A stretch of 64,000 bases of DNA from Patescibacteria group bacterium. GTDB lineage: Bacteria; Patescibacteriota; Microgenomatia; JAMCZE01. The notes under the pieces are model-generated. The model made no database searches. It was given only the letters and a program-made list of their open reading frames with translations, and was not told the DNA's origin. The position numbers and the translations under genes are program-made. The stretch spans positions 108,093-172,092 of the forward strand of contig JAMCRP010000002.1 in the NCBI GenBank assembly GCA_023380635.1, written 5' to 3'. Below are positions 18,377 through 28,798 of this stretch, piece after piece. Within the stretch, counting starts at the first letter, position 1; each line of letters begins with the position of its first letter.

Positions 18377-20036
18377 TTCCATTAGCCGGACTGACCGGCG
18401 AACCGGTCTGGGGCGAAAACAGACGGCGGATAATTTCGGCAGCGACCATGGCGGCAGCTTCCGTTTGATCGGGGTTCAGTTGCTGGCAGCAGCGGCTTTT
18501 TTGTGGCTTCTGGCCACCCTGGTAAAAACGCAAATTTTTGCCGGGGAATACTACCGTGATTTGGCTGCCCAAAACCATCTCCGGGAAGTGCCGATTCACG
18601 CTCCGCGGGGCATTATTTTTGACCGTAACGGCACGTCGCTGACCGCTAATCTACCCTCTTTCCGGTTTAATAACCAGACCATTTCCAAGGATCAGGCCAT
18701 TGTTCTGGAAGCGGAAGGGAAACAGCCGGAAGTAGACTCGGTGCGGTCCTATCTTAAAGGAGCGGCGTTTGCTCATTTATTGGGATATGTTTCGGAAGAC
18801 AGCGTTTCGGCCGGCTACAAAATCGGCCAGGGCGGAGTAGAAGAAACTTATCAGGATAGGCTGAAAGGAACGGACGGGAAGGAATTAATTGAAGTGGATG
18901 CGGTGGGCAAAAAAATCCGGACTATTTCCACAGTCCCGCCGACACCCGGGGAAAATTTAACTTTAACCATTGACGCTCCTCTTCAGGAAGCGGCTTATAC
19001 CGCCTTAGGCAACAAACCGGGAGCGGTGGTGGCCGCTAACCCCAAGACAGGGGAAATTCTGGCCCTGGTTAGCAGCCCGTCTTTTGACCCGAATGTGTTT
19101 ACGGATTATTCTCTATCAGAATCAGAGCGCTCGGCAGACATTTCCGGACTATTTTCTGACCCGAATGAGCCCATATTTAATCGTGCAATTAGCGGAACAT
19201 TTCCCCCGGGGTCCACTTTTAAAATAGTTACCGCGACGGCTGCCCTGGAAACAGGAGCAATAACTGCAGCTACCCAGGTTGAGGATACCGGCGAGCTGGT
19301 CGTGGGCCCCTATAAATTTCCAAACTGGAAATGGCTGCAGGATGGAGGAACCCAGGGCGTGCTTGATGTTGTCGGGGCTATTCAAAAAAGTAACGACATT
19401 TTTTTCTACCGGGCCGGAGAGTGGACGGGAGTGGATCAGCTCATGGCCTGGGCGAAGCGTTTTGGGTTGGGGAAGAAGCTGGGAATTGACTTGCCGGGAG
19501 AAGCAGCCGGGCTGATACCCGACCTTGCCTGGCGGGAAGAGAATGCCCGCAACTGGTATCTGGGCGACACTTATCACGCCGCTATCGGCCAGGGAGATAT
19601 TCTTGTCACCCCTTTGCAGGATAATGCCTGGACCAATGTTGTGGCCAACGGAGGCAAGCTTTGTACCCCGCATGTACTTCAAATTCCAAATTCCAAATCC
19701 CAAATTCTAAACTGCAGGGATTTAGGGATTAAACAAAGTACCATTGATCTCATAAAAAAAGGCATGGAGGCAGCCTGCGCGCCGGGGGGAACGGCTTATC
19801 CGATGTATGATTTTCAGGTAAACGGCAAGCCCGTGCCAACGGCTTGCAAAACCGGAACGGCGGAATACGGCGATCCAAAATTGGGCAAGACTCACGGCTG
19901 GCTGACGATTTACGCGCCGGTTGATGACCCTACTATCTCGGTCACGGTTTTAGTAGAAGGCGGCGGAGAAGGTTCGGATGTGGCCGCGCCGGTGGCCAAA
20001 AAAATCCTTCAAGAGTGGTTTAACAGTAATGACTGA
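18354..20036 (+). CDS. mrdA: Penicillin-binding protein 2
   Basis: APRGIIFDRNG, PGSTFK (SxxK), SND (SxN-like), KTGTAE. Confidence 0.93.
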   Translation: MLGHLLGDSISRTDRRTGLGRKQTADNFGSDHGGSFRLIGVQLLAAAAFLWLLATLVKTQIFAGEYYRDLAAQNHLREVPIHAPRGIIFDRNGTSLTANLPSFRFNNQTISKDQAIVLEAEGKQPEVDSVRSYLKGAAFAHLLGYVSEDSVSAGYKIGQGGVEETYQDRLKGTDGKELIEVDAVGKKIRTISTVPPTPGENLTLTIDAPLQEAAYTALGNKPGAVVAANPKTGEILALVSSPSFDPNVFTDYSLSESERSADISGLFSDPNEPIFNRAISGTFPPGSTFKIVTATAALETGAITAATQVEDTGELVVGPYKFPNWKWLQDGGTQGVLDVVGAIQKSNDIFFYRAGEWTGVDQLMAWAKRFGLGKKLGIDLPGEAAGLIPDLAWREENARNWYLGDTYHAAIGQGDILVTPLQDNAWTNVVANGGKLCTPHVLQIPNSKSQILNCRDLGIKQSTIDLIKKGMEAACAPGGTAYPMYDFQVNGKPVPTACKTGTAEYGDPKLGKTHGWLTIYAPVDDPTISVTVLVEGGGEGSDVAAPVAKKILQEWFNSND

Positions 20037-21147
20037 AGAGGAGAAATATCTGGTAGCCTTTAGCACTGTAATCGGCATCGGTTCGGCCAGGTTGTCGTTG
20101 CTTTTAAAATATTTCGGTAGCGCGGAAAAAGCCTGGAAGGCAACGGAAGAAGACTTAAAACAAACTCACCTGCCAAAAGACGCGTTAATCGAACTTCTTA
20201 ATCAGAGGAAAATATTAAAATTAGACCAATATATTGAGAACCTGGAGAAAAGCGGAATAAAATTTCTCACAATTCATAGTCCGGACTACCCTAAGCGGTT
20301 AAGAATTATTCCTGATCCGCCGAATATCCTTTACATCAGAAGTAAACTGGCAGGAGAGCAGGTAAGCAGGATAGTGGAAAATAAAACTATTGGCGTCGTC
20401 GGGACAAGAAAAATTACGCAGTACGGGAAAGAAGTAACGAAGGAACTAACGGCGGGACTGGTAAGCGCCGGGTTCACGATTGTGTCAGGTATGGCACTTG
20501 GGGTAGATGGGGTGGCCCATGGTACGACCCTGAACTGCGGCGGAGTAACAATTGCGGTTCTCGGTGTCGGCGTAGATGTCATTTATCCCAAAGAGCATAC
20601 GGAACTTTATTATCAAATAATTGAATCCGGAGGAGCCATTGTTTCGGAAGTGGCACCAGAAAAGCATGTCATTCGCGGTGTTTTTCCGGCCCGAAATCGG
20701 ATTATTTCCGGGCTTTCCCAGGCGGTTTTGGTGACCGAAGGGGCGATTGACTCGGGCAGTCTGATTACGGCCCGGGCGGCTTTGGATCAGGGTCGGGAAG
20801 TGTTTGCCGTGCCCGGGCCGATCAACTCGCCGATGGCGCAAGGGACCAACTACCTTCTTAAACAGGGAGCAAAGCTGGTGACCGGGGTGGAGGATATTTT
20901 ACAGGAACTTGGCTATACAGACGCTGACAAGCGCGGGCAGACGCTGGCTGATATAAGTAAGCAAATACCGACGGGAGGTACGCGGGAAGAACAGGCGGTT
21001 ATTGATCTGCTGGTTAACGAACCGATGGAGTTTGATGATTTAATAAAAAAGAGCGGTTTAGAGGCAGCGCGATTAGGGGCAGTTTTGACAAATTTAGAAC
21101 TGGGAGGGAAAATTCACGCTTGCGGACTAAGATATAGTCTGCAATAG
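20029..21147 (+). CDS. dprA: DNA-processing protein DprA
   Basis: VVGTR, IVSGMALGVDGVAH, FPARNRIISG, SGSLITA, VFAVPG. Confidence 0.96.
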   Translation: MTEEEKYLVAFSTVIGIGSARLSLLLKYFGSAEKAWKATEEDLKQTHLPKDALIELLNQRKILKLDQYIENLEKSGIKFLTIHSPDYPKRLRIIPDPPNILYIRSKLAGEQVSRIVENKTIGVVGTRKITQYGKEVTKELTAGLVSAGFTIVSGMALGVDGVAHGTTLNCGGVTIAVLGVGVDVIYPKEHTELYYQIIESGGAIVSEVAPEKHVIRGVFPARNRIISGLSQAVLVTEGAIDSGSLITARAALDQGREVFAVPGPINSPMAQGTNYLLKQGAKLVTGVEDILQELGYTDADKRGQTLADISKQIPTGGTREEQAVIDLLVNEPMEFDDLIKKSGLEAARLGAVLTNLELGGKIHACGLRYSLQ

Positions 21148-21157
21148 TTAAAAGAAC

Positions 21158-23134
21158 ATGGACTTGATAATTGTCGAATCACCAACCAAAGCCCGGACGC
21201 TTTCAAGGTTTTTGGGCAGCGGATATCAACTGGAAGCCTCGATGGGTCATGTCCGGGATTTGCCGGAAAAACGGTTGGGAATTGATCCGGAGCATGATTT
21301 CGCTCCGGAGTATGTCGTGTCGCCGGATAAAAAAGAGAAAGTAAAAGAACTGCAGACGGCGGCGGCCAAAGCGGAAAAGATTATTCTGGCCACCGATCCA
21401 GACCGGGAAGGAGAAGCCATTGCGTGGCATATAAACGAAATAATAACTAAGAAACAAGAAACAAGAAACAAGATCGAGCGGATAACTTTTCATGAAATAA
21501 CCGAATCGGCCATTAAAGAAGCCTTGGCTCATCCGGGACAGATTAATATGCCGCTGGTGGATGCTCAACAGGCGCGGCGGATACTTGACAGACTGGTGGG
21601 TTATAAATTGTCACCGCTCCTGTGGCGCAAAATTCGCCGGGGACTGTCAGCAGGCCGGGTGCAAAGCGTGGCTGTCCGGCTGATCGTTGAACGCGAGCGG
21701 GAAATTCAGGCGTTTAAGCCGGTAGAGTATTGGGAAATACTGGCGAAACTCCAAACTCCAAATTCCAAATTCCAAAGTGAATTTGAAGCAAAATTAATTA
21801 AGCAGGAAATAAAAAATAAAGAAGAAGCGGATAAAATAGTCGGCGAGTTGCGGGGGGCGCAGTATCAAGTCACGGATATCCAGTCTAAAGAAGTAAAACG
21901 CAATCCCTACCCGCCGTTTACGACCTCGACAATGCAGCAGGCAGCATCCAATCTTTTTGGCTGGAGTGCCAAACGGACGATGCAGATTGCCCAAAACCTT
22001 TACGAGCGCGGTCTTATTACTTACCACCGGACTGACTCTACTAATTTAGCCATTGAAGCGGTTAACGCGGTTAGGGCTTACATTAATAAAAGTTTCGGCG
22101 AAAGGTATTTGCCGGAAACTCTCCGGTTTTACAAAACTAAATCCAAGGTAGCCCAGGAAGCTCACGAAGCTATCAGGCCGACCAATGTTGAACGGCCGGA
22201 GATTACCGAAGAAGGCATTGATAAGGAACAGAAAAGACTTTACGAATTAATCTGGAAACGGTTTGTGGCTTGTCAAATGGCCGAAAGTCTTTACAAACAG
22301 TCAACCGTGGATGTCACCGCCGGAAATTACACACTTCGGGCTAACGGCAGCAAAATTTTGTTCGAAGGCTGGCAAAAACTGTTTGGTAAATCCGCCCAAG
22401 GCGGGGAAGAAGGTGATGAAGAAACAATTTTGCCGGAATTGTCTGTAGGCGATATTCTCCGGTTGCTCGGTCTGACACCTTCCCAGCATTTTACCGAACC
22501 GCCGGCAAGATACACCGAAGCATCTCTAATTAAAGCCCTGGAAGAATACGGGATCGGCCGGCCAAGCACTTATGCGCCGATTATTTCCACCATTCAGGAT
22601 CGGCAATATGTGGAAAAAGAAGATAAAAAACTGCTCCCGACGGCCCTCGGGATGGCGGTTAACGACTTTTTAATGGCGAATTTTGCCAACATCATGGACT
22701 ACAAGTTCACGGCCGGGATGGAAGACCAACTGGATGAGATTGCCAACGGCGAAAAACAATGGGTGCCGGTGATCCGGGAATTTTATGAACCGTTTAATAA
22801 ACAGCTGGGCGGGGTAACTGAAACGGCGGCCCGGGTAAAAGTCGAGGTAGAAACGACTGAGGAAAAATGCCCCAATGACGGCGCGCCGCTGGTGGTGCGG
22901 ATTGGCCGATTTGGCAAGTTCCTGGCCTGCAGCAAATTCCCGGACTGCAAGTTTACCAAGCCCTATGCCAAAATTACGGGGATTAAATGTCCCAAGTGCG
23001 GCGGAGATGTAATAATGAAACGAACTAAAAAGAAAAAGAGTTTCTATGGCTGCAGCAATTACCCGAAATGCGATTTTGCTTCCTGGACGAAGCCAAAGAC
23101 AGAGAACCAGACACCAGTCAGTGTCGGCAAATAG
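21158..23134 (+). CDS. topA: DNA topoisomerase I
   Basis: IVESPTKA, ATDPDREGE, SAGRVQS, ITYHRTDS, C-terminal Zn ribbons. Confidence 0.97.
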   Translation: MDLIIVESPTKARTLSRFLGSGYQLEASMGHVRDLPEKRLGIDPEHDFAPEYVVSPDKKEKVKELQTAAAKAEKIILATDPDREGEAIAWHINEIITKKQETRNKIERITFHEITESAIKEALAHPGQINMPLVDAQQARRILDRLVGYKLSPLLWRKIRRGLSAGRVQSVAVRLIVEREREIQAFKPVEYWEILAKLQTPNSKFQSEFEAKLIKQEIKNKEEADKIVGELRGAQYQVTDIQSKEVKRNPYPPFTTSTMQQAASNLFGWSAKRTMQIAQNLYERGLITYHRTDSTNLAIEAVNAVRAYINKSFGERYLPETLRFYKTKSKVAQEAHEAIRPTNVERPEITEEGIDKEQKRLYELIWKRFVACQMAESLYKQSTVDVTAGNYTLRANGSKILFEGWQKLFGKSAQGGEEGDEETILPELSVGDILRLLGLTPSQHFTEPPARYTEASLIKALEEYGIGRPSTYAPIISTIQDRQYVEKEDKKLLPTALGMAVNDFLMANFANIMDYKFTAGMEDQLDEIANGEKQWVPVIREFYEPFNKQLGGVTETAARVKVEVETTEEKCPNDGAPLVVRIGRFGKFLACSKFPDCKFTKPYAKITGIKCPKCGGDVIMKRTKKKKSFYGCSNYPKCDFASWTKPKTENQTPVSVGK

Positions 23135-23193
23135 TAATTTTGCTCCAGTTTGATCTCTTGAACGGATTCTGTTTTTTTTGATATGTTCTATAC

Positions 23194-23442
23194 ATGCTAC
23201 AGTTATGCCCCGAGCGAAAAGTGAAAAAAATTCCTCTGGGAAATCGCGGCGACCCGATTCCTACCAGCAAAGCCGTAGACTACATTCAACATGGCGTTAA
23301 CGCTCGAGATCTGACTTCAAGTGTTTTTGATGAGCCTGGAGGGCAGTGCCGTGATTGTATTGTGACTAATTGTCCCAATCGAGTAGGTAAAAGCGTTATT
23401 CCTCAGCCCTCAAACCATGAAGGTCAAAATCAAACGGTTTGA
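23194..23442 (+). CDS. Small hypothetical protein with CxxC-x4-C
   Basis: QCRDCIVTNC; TATGTT-N6-ATG. Confidence 0.55.
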   Translation: MLQLCPERKVKKIPLGNRGDPIPTSKAVDYIQHGVNARDLTSSVFDEPGGQCRDCIVTNCPNRVGKSVIPQPSNHEGQNQTV

Positions 23443-23842
23443 TAAATCTTTGCCCCTGCCTGAATACAAAACCGCCGGAGCGGTTGCATTTGACTTACCG
23501 GTTAGAAATGAAGAGGTTATTGCTCCCGGCGAAGTGAAACTGGTGGCCACGGGTTTAGGGCTCAAAATTCCTAAAGGTTATTTCTTATGGATCGCCCCGC
23601 GCAGCTCAACTTTGTTAAAGCATCATCTTTTGGCCTCAGCGGGGGTTATCGATCAGGATTACTGCGGCAATGAGGACGAAATTCATGTTCAGATAATTAA
23701 TGTCAGCCGGGAGCCGGTAAAAATCGAACGAGGCTGGCGCTTGGCCCAGGGTATTTTTGTCAAATTTTCTAAATTTGAATTTACTGAAGTCCGGGTAATG
23801 ACAAATAAATCCCGCGGAGGTTTCGGGACAACCGGACACTAG
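23417..23842 (+). CDS. dut: dUTP diphosphatase
   Basis: AFDL, PRSS, GVIDQDY, RLAQG, RGGFGTTG. Confidence 0.96.
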   Translation: MKVKIKRFDKSLPLPEYKTAGAVAFDLPVRNEEVIAPGEVKLVATGLGLKIPKGYFLWIAPRSSTLLKHHLLASAGVIDQDYCGNEDEIHVQIINVSREPVKIERGWRLAQGIFVKFSKFEFTEVRVMTNKSRGGFGTTGH

Positions 23843-23907
23843 GGTCTTGTAACTTCCAGACCAATTTGTTATTTTGCAAAGAAGAAAATTTCTGCCTCAT
23901 TTTGGCT

Positions 23908-24849
23908 ATGGCTTTAAGTCCTGACCGTTATACATTTAAAAATCAAACTTCAGAAGGTGAAGTGACCGTTAAGAACGGTATTTCTGAGCTTTGGATGCTT
24001 TCGTCCGCGCAGCAGGAAGGAATTCTGGCTCAGGCAATGGTTCGTTGGGAACAGTGTAATGGAATGACTTTTGAGTCATTGGGAATTAAAATCACGGCTG
24101 CAGATTTAGTCAGGCCAAATAATCTATATCCCAGCTCGAGACTAAACGACCGGGATATTTTATCTGCTCTGGTCACCGGCACTTTGGAGCTTTATCCATC
24201 GGAGGCAATTAAAAACCTAACTAAAAATGGTATTGATGTTGGTATTTGGGATGGAGTTTTCGGCAGCCCGGGGCATTATTATGTTCAGGATCATGATAAC
24301 GAAGTCTTAATTATTAATCCCGGAGATCGGGAACACATTAGTAAGCTTTGGAAAGGTCCGAAGGAAATTCAAAGAGTCAGGCAATTACATTTGCCAAGAA
24401 TAGACTATGATTGCACTCTTAATGATCATGATGGCGGCATAATCATGGAGTTTGCGGTGGCTCACTTGTTTGGAATTTGGCCGGCAATTCGCATGACGGA
24501 TTTGAACGCGTCTCTGGAAACCAGATCAAATGCCGGGCGATGGTGCCAAGCCGGTGCTGTAAATTCCGTTACTGCCCAGCAGGGATTTACAGGAGTGATT
24601 ACCGCCGAAGCGACGAGTTACGCCCAAAAACCCGAGGTCTGGGGCACAAGCTGGCTGCCTTACCAGTTCATGTTTAATTATGTCCAGCCTGGTTTAAACA
24701 GAGAATATACGCGAACTTTCAGTGACGCACCGGTTAAAACTGCTGAAGAGGCAGCCAGAGATTTCAGACCGGAAATGATGCTGCCACGACTCATGAAAAG
24801 GCAAAGATCGGTAATTTCTTTCCCAATAAGCAACAATGGACATCACTGA
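23908..24849 (+). CDS. Divergent dCTP deaminase-like protein with N-terminal extension
   Basis: LNDRDI..GTLELYP..GIDV, ETRSNAGR (cf. GRSSxGR), QGFTGVITAE (cf. PGFxGxITLE); lies between dut and thyA. Confidence 0.6.
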   Translation: MALSPDRYTFKNQTSEGEVTVKNGISELWMLSSAQQEGILAQAMVRWEQCNGMTFESLGIKITAADLVRPNNLYPSSRLNDRDILSALVTGTLELYPSEAIKNLTKNGIDVGIWDGVFGSPGHYYVQDHDNEVLIINPGDREHISKLWKGPKEIQRVRQLHLPRIDYDCTLNDHDGGIIMEFAVAHLFGIWPAIRMTDLNASLETRSNAGRWCQAGAVNSVTAQQGFTGVITAEATSYAQKPEVWGTSWLPYQFMFNYVQPGLNREYTRTFSDAPVKTAEEAARDFRPEMMLPRLMKRQRSVISFPISNNGHH

Positions 24850-26329
24850 AGCCCCAACCAGAGAGAAATTTGACGGAACAATTAAACCTTACTACTTTGA
24901 AATTAACCTAGCAGTGGGCGGTCGGCCTGACATTGGTTTGGCAACACTTTGGACTGCCCGGGGCCAGCTCGACAAAAAATTAGATTCGTCAAACTATGGT
25001 TTACGCGGACCTTTATATTCTGAAGCCGGCGCCGAGTGGCTGGTTCGGGATGTTTTGGCGAATCCTTCAATCCGAACTGTAGTTTTTTCAGGAGCTAATG
25101 CCAATGATTCCTATAAGGGGTTGTTAGCGGTCAAAAACAACGGCATAAACTCTGACGGTGAAGTCCTGGGGTTAGTTGGTCCTGATGGAAAACCAGCGGT
25201 GAAATTTGCCCAGCCAGGCTTAAGTCAAGAAGCGGTTGATTTATTTAGAAATAATGTTGAGGTAGTTAATATGCTTGGGGAAAACTGGGAAGTGGTGCAA
25301 CGAAGGATTCAAGAAATTCCTGCCAGGTCACCGTTCATGTCTGAAAGGCTTCTTTTTCCAAAAGTAGCTTTTGAAGCAGAGAGGCTGCCGGGAGAAAGAA
25401 TCGGTGTTAGGGTTGAGCGGGAAAGAATTGCTGATGCCTGGGTGGAATTGCTGGCAAAAATAAGGCGTGAAGGAGTTATTAAAAATTCGGATAAAGGTCA
25501 AAAAATCCAAGAATTGGCAAGTTTAAGTGTCATTATTCATGAGGATCCGGAAACTCTCTTGGAAAAAATCCCTGGATGGTTTCCGATTAGCCGAGCGAAA
25601 ATCGAACAGTATCTTCCCCAAATGTTGGACAAGACACCACCCGAAGGAGTGAATATGGCCTACACATATGGAGCTAAGATGCAAAATTATGAGGGTTTAG
25701 ACCAGCTTCAAGAGTGTGTAAATCTAATTAAATCGGAACTGGATACGAAAAGAGCTTATGTTACTACTTGGCACTTACCTAATAATCTCATTGATCAAGT
25801 GGCCTCGGCGCCCTGCCTGACGGATGTCAACTTGCTGGTTCAGGACAGGCAACTCTTAATGGTCGCGCACTTTCGCAGTAATGATATGGTTCGGGCTTGG
25901 CCGTTAAATGCTTATGGTCTTCGGGCTCTTCAAGGAAAATTGGCAAAAGAAATCGGGATCAGCGCCGGGCCTTTGGAAATTAAATCTAATTCGGCGCACA
26001 TTTGGGAAGAAACAGCTCCCCAAGCCGACGATATTATAAAAAGTCAATATAAACGAGTTCGGTTGCTTTGGCAGGAGGACCCGCGAGGAAACTTTATTAT
26101 TGCTGTTAACGACAAGAGCAGATTAATAGAGGTCTATCACTTAGATAGAAGTGGCAACATGACTGGAAAAGCTTTTAAAGGCACCGAAGCCCGAGAGCTT
26201 TATAAAGAGATTATTGATGAGCAAGATTTGGTCTCCATGCCCAATCATGCAGCCTATCTGGTTGACCAGTTACATCTGGCCGAGCAATGTTTAAGAACCG
26301 GAGTGCCGTTTATTCAGGAAGAAGCTTAA
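24836..26329 (+). CDS. thyA: Thymidylate synthase fused to an N-terminal MtrA-like domain and a C-terminal DUF4346-like domain
   Basis: VLANPSIR (MtrA-like), YTYG, SAPCL, FRSNDM..WPLN, SAHIW, EDPRGNF..HAAYL. Confidence 0.8.
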   Translation: MDITEAPTREKFDGTIKPYYFEINLAVGGRPDIGLATLWTARGQLDKKLDSSNYGLRGPLYSEAGAEWLVRDVLANPSIRTVVFSGANANDSYKGLLAVKNNGINSDGEVLGLVGPDGKPAVKFAQPGLSQEAVDLFRNNVEVVNMLGENWEVVQRRIQEIPARSPFMSERLLFPKVAFEAERLPGERIGVRVERERIADAWVELLAKIRREGVIKNSDKGQKIQELASLSVIIHEDPETLLEKIPGWFPISRAKIEQYLPQMLDKTPPEGVNMAYTYGAKMQNYEGLDQLQECVNLIKSELDTKRAYVTTWHLPNNLIDQVASAPCLTDVNLLVQDRQLLMVAHFRSNDMVRAWPLNAYGLRALQGKLAKEIGISAGPLEIKSNSAHIWEETAPQADDIIKSQYKRVRLLWQEDPRGNFIIAVNDKSRLIEVYHLDRSGNMTGKAFKGTEARELYKEIIDEQDLVSMPNHAAYLVDQLHLAEQCLRTGVPFIQEEA

Positions 26330-26923
26330 TTAGAAAGGCAAATCTTCTTTATCTTCCTCATTATCGGGGCGGCGGTACCAGTCAGAAAAATTTCTTTCCA
26401 AGTCTAGCCTAATTCGATCACCGTTTTGGCCATGACGGGCCAGTTTCACTACATCTCCCCAATCAACAGTTAACAGTCTGACCCGCATATCTTTTAAGGG
26501 GATAATCCGCCGGTCTTTACTGCCATTGATGAAACTGTGGGGCCGGTATCGGCTGATGGCTGTCTGGGGTTTGCTGGGCGAGAAGAGTTCCTCAAGGTGG
26601 TCACCAAAAGCTTTGCGTTTCAGTTCCCGGGATTTGCCTAAAACTTGCCGAGCAGTGGGGCGGTAGCGCACCATACCTTTTTCTCTCTTAACATAATCAC
26701 GGACACAGTGAACAACGACTCCATAATCAGTTTCATAAATTCCGAGTGATTTTAGAGACTGGTAGTAACTAGCCAGCCAAAGGAGTTTAATTACCTCGCC
26801 GGCTGCCGGTTCCTCGGCAGATCGCTTTTCCAGGGCTTTTAGAATTTCCAGATTTTTATCTTTTTCCCAGGTGACAATTTTGGTTGCGTGATCATTCGGA
26901 ATTTCTGGAGATTTTGAGGCCAT
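26330..26923 (-). CDS. Hypothetical protein
   Basis: ~197-aa ORF; GATAAT-N6-ATG at 26923. Confidence 0.65.
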   Translation of the reverse strand: MASKSPEIPNDHATKIVTWEKDKNLEILKALEKRSAEEPAAGEVIKLLWLASYYQSLKSLGIYETDYGVVVHCVRDYVKREKGMVRYRPTARQVLGKSRELKRKAFGDHLEELFSPSKPQTAISRYRPHSFINGSKDRRIIPLKDMRVRLLTVDWGDVVKLARHGQNGDRIRLDLERNFSDWYRRPDNEEDKEDLPF

Positions 26924-26954
26924 GGCGTCATTATCCGGCCGGATTTTTGGGTTA

Positions 26955-27413
26955 TCAAGAATGATTAATTGTATCAATCTGTCTTAGCAGTCGCGACAGA
27001 AAATCTTTTTGGGCGGGGAGAATAATTTTTTCCGCTTCCTGTAGCGTAAAGTATCCGCCTTTATCAATTTCCGGCCAGCCGAATTTAGTTTTGTTGCTGA
27101 CCAGTTTTGCCGGGTCGAAGCTACCATCTTCAAAGGCCCAGGCAAAAATATTTTTTCCGTTAGGATAGGTAACAGATCCAAGTTCCGAATAGACATTTTC
27201 AGGTCTTAACACAATTCCTGTTTCTTCAGAAAATTCCCGTTTTGCCGTTTCCAATAAGTCTTCATTATCGTGCCGCTGGCCTTTGGGAATTCCCCAACAA
27301 TCAACTCGTCGGGCAAAAAACGGTCCGCCGGGATGAACGAGAAAAACCTCCAGCCGGCTATTTCTATAACGGTACATTAATAATCCGACACTCACTTTGC
27401 TTGCCATCTTCAT
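26955..27413 (-). CDS. NUDIX hydrolase
   Basis: LVHPGGPFF, WGIPKG..AKREFSEETG Nudix box. Confidence 0.9.
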   Translation of the reverse strand: MKMASKVSVGLLMYRYRNSRLEVFLVHPGGPFFARRVDCWGIPKGQRHDNEDLLETAKREFSEETGIVLRPENVYSELGSVTYPNGKNIFAWAFEDGSFDPAKLVSNKTKFGWPEIDKGGYFTLQEAEKIILPAQKDFLSRLLRQIDTINHS

Positions 27414-27446
27414 ACAGTTTATCACTGATAATGCTAAAATTGCTTC

Positions 27447-28652
27447 ATGGATAAGCAAATTGTTGATTTAATTGCCGCTGAAAAAAAACGCCAGGAAGAA
27501 GTGCTGGAGATGATCCCGTCGGAAAATTACGAATCGCAAGCGGTGTTGGAAGCCACAGGTTCGATACTGGCCAACAAATATTCCGAGGGTTATCCTGGCA
27601 AAAGATATTATCAGGGAAATAGAATCATTGATCAGATAGAGATCCTGGCTATTGAAAGATTCAAAAAATTATTCGGAGTACATTATGTTAATGTTCAGCC
27701 GTACTCCGGCAGCCCGGCTAACGCCGCGGTATATTTTGCTCTTTTAGACCCCGGCGACAAAATCATGGGTCTGGCGCTGTCTTCGGGAGGTCATCTTACC
27801 CACGGTCATCCGAACATCACTTTTTCCGGGAAATTTTATACTTCAGTCCAATATGCTGTCGAAGAAAACGGGTACATCAACTACGACAAATTAGAAAAAC
27901 TGGCAGAAGCCGAAAAGCCAAAGATAATAGTCTGCGGGACAACTTCTTATCCGCGGACTTTGGATTTCAAAAGGTTTTCGGAAATTGCCAAAAAGGTTAA
28001 CGCTTACCTTCTGGCCGACATTTCCCATATCGCCGGGCTGGTTGTTGCGGGAGTGCACCCGTCTCCGGTCGGATACGCCGACATTATTATGACCACTACT
28101 CACAAAACTTTGCGCGGGCCAAGAGGGGCGGTTTTAATGGCTGATAGTGAAGAGATTGCCAAGAAAATTGATAAAGCTGTTTTTCCCGGTCTTCAGGGCG
28201 GCCCGCATGAAAATGTTATCGCGGCGATGGCTGTGGCCGCAAAGGAAGCGGACACCGCAGAATTTAAAAAATACGGCGAACAGGTTGTTGCCAATGCCAA
28301 AGTTTTGGCCCAAACACTACTAGATAACGGTATTGATTTGGTTTCCGGAGGAACAGACAACCATTTAATGGTAATAGATTTGCGCCAGTTAAATAAGACC
28401 GGTAAAGAGATAGCTGAGCAACTTGAAGAAGCAGGAATCGTGACCAACAAAAATGCCGTTCCGGGCGACCCTTTGCCACCGGCCATTACTTCCGGAATAA
28501 GACTGGGGACACCCGCGATTACTACCCGGGGGATGAAAGGGCCGGAAGTGAAGCTGATTGGCGGTTGGATTTCCGGTATAATCACCGGAAAGTTAACTAC
28601 AGAAGGTGTGGCAAAGGGGGTTAAATCTCTTTGCCAAAATTTTCCTCTATGA
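27447..28652 (+). CDS. glyA: Serine hydroxymethyltransferase
   Basis: IPSEN, NKYSEGYPGKRYY, GGHLTHG, TTTHKTLRGPRG. Confidence 0.97.
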   Translation: MDKQIVDLIAAEKKRQEEVLEMIPSENYESQAVLEATGSILANKYSEGYPGKRYYQGNRIIDQIEILAIERFKKLFGVHYVNVQPYSGSPANAAVYFALLDPGDKIMGLALSSGGHLTHGHPNITFSGKFYTSVQYAVEENGYINYDKLEKLAEAEKPKIIVCGTTSYPRTLDFKRFSEIAKKVNAYLLADISHIAGLVVAGVHPSPVGYADIIMTTTHKTLRGPRGAVLMADSEEIAKKIDKAVFPGLQGGPHENVIAAMAVAAKEADTAEFKKYGEQVVANAKVLAQTLLDNGIDLVSGGTDNHLMVIDLRQLNKTGKEIAEQLEEAGIVTNKNAVPGDPLPPAITSGIRLGTPAITTRGMKGPEVKLIGGWISGIITGKLTTEGVAKGVKSLCQNFPL

Positions 28653-28798
28653 AGAAAGAATTAAAAATAGAGCCGGGACTGAATAGTCGATTGGTTATCT
28701 CGGACATGAGATACGAAGAAGAGCTAGTATCAAAAGTACTTGTGGCGCGTAAAAGAAGAGAAGAACGGCAAAAGAAGCGTTCTGAGAAAACTTCATGA
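28649..28798 (+). CDS. 49-aa basic protein translationally coupled to both glyA and folD
   Basis: MKKELKIEPG..RKRREERQKKRSEKTS; ATGA overlaps at both ends. Confidence 0.6.
   Translation: MKKELKIEPGLNSRLVISDMRYEEELVSKVLVARKRREERQKKRSEKTS

Noticed and set aside
24836-25350. Methanogen-type Mtr methyltransferase activity
   Set aside because: Only an MtrA-like domain lacking the corrinoid-binding His; no other mtr genes.
24836-26329. Phage-type dCMP hydroxymethylase / DNA hypermodification system
   Set aside because: The specificity residue is Asn (WPLN), as in dUMP-specific ThyA, and there is no phage context.
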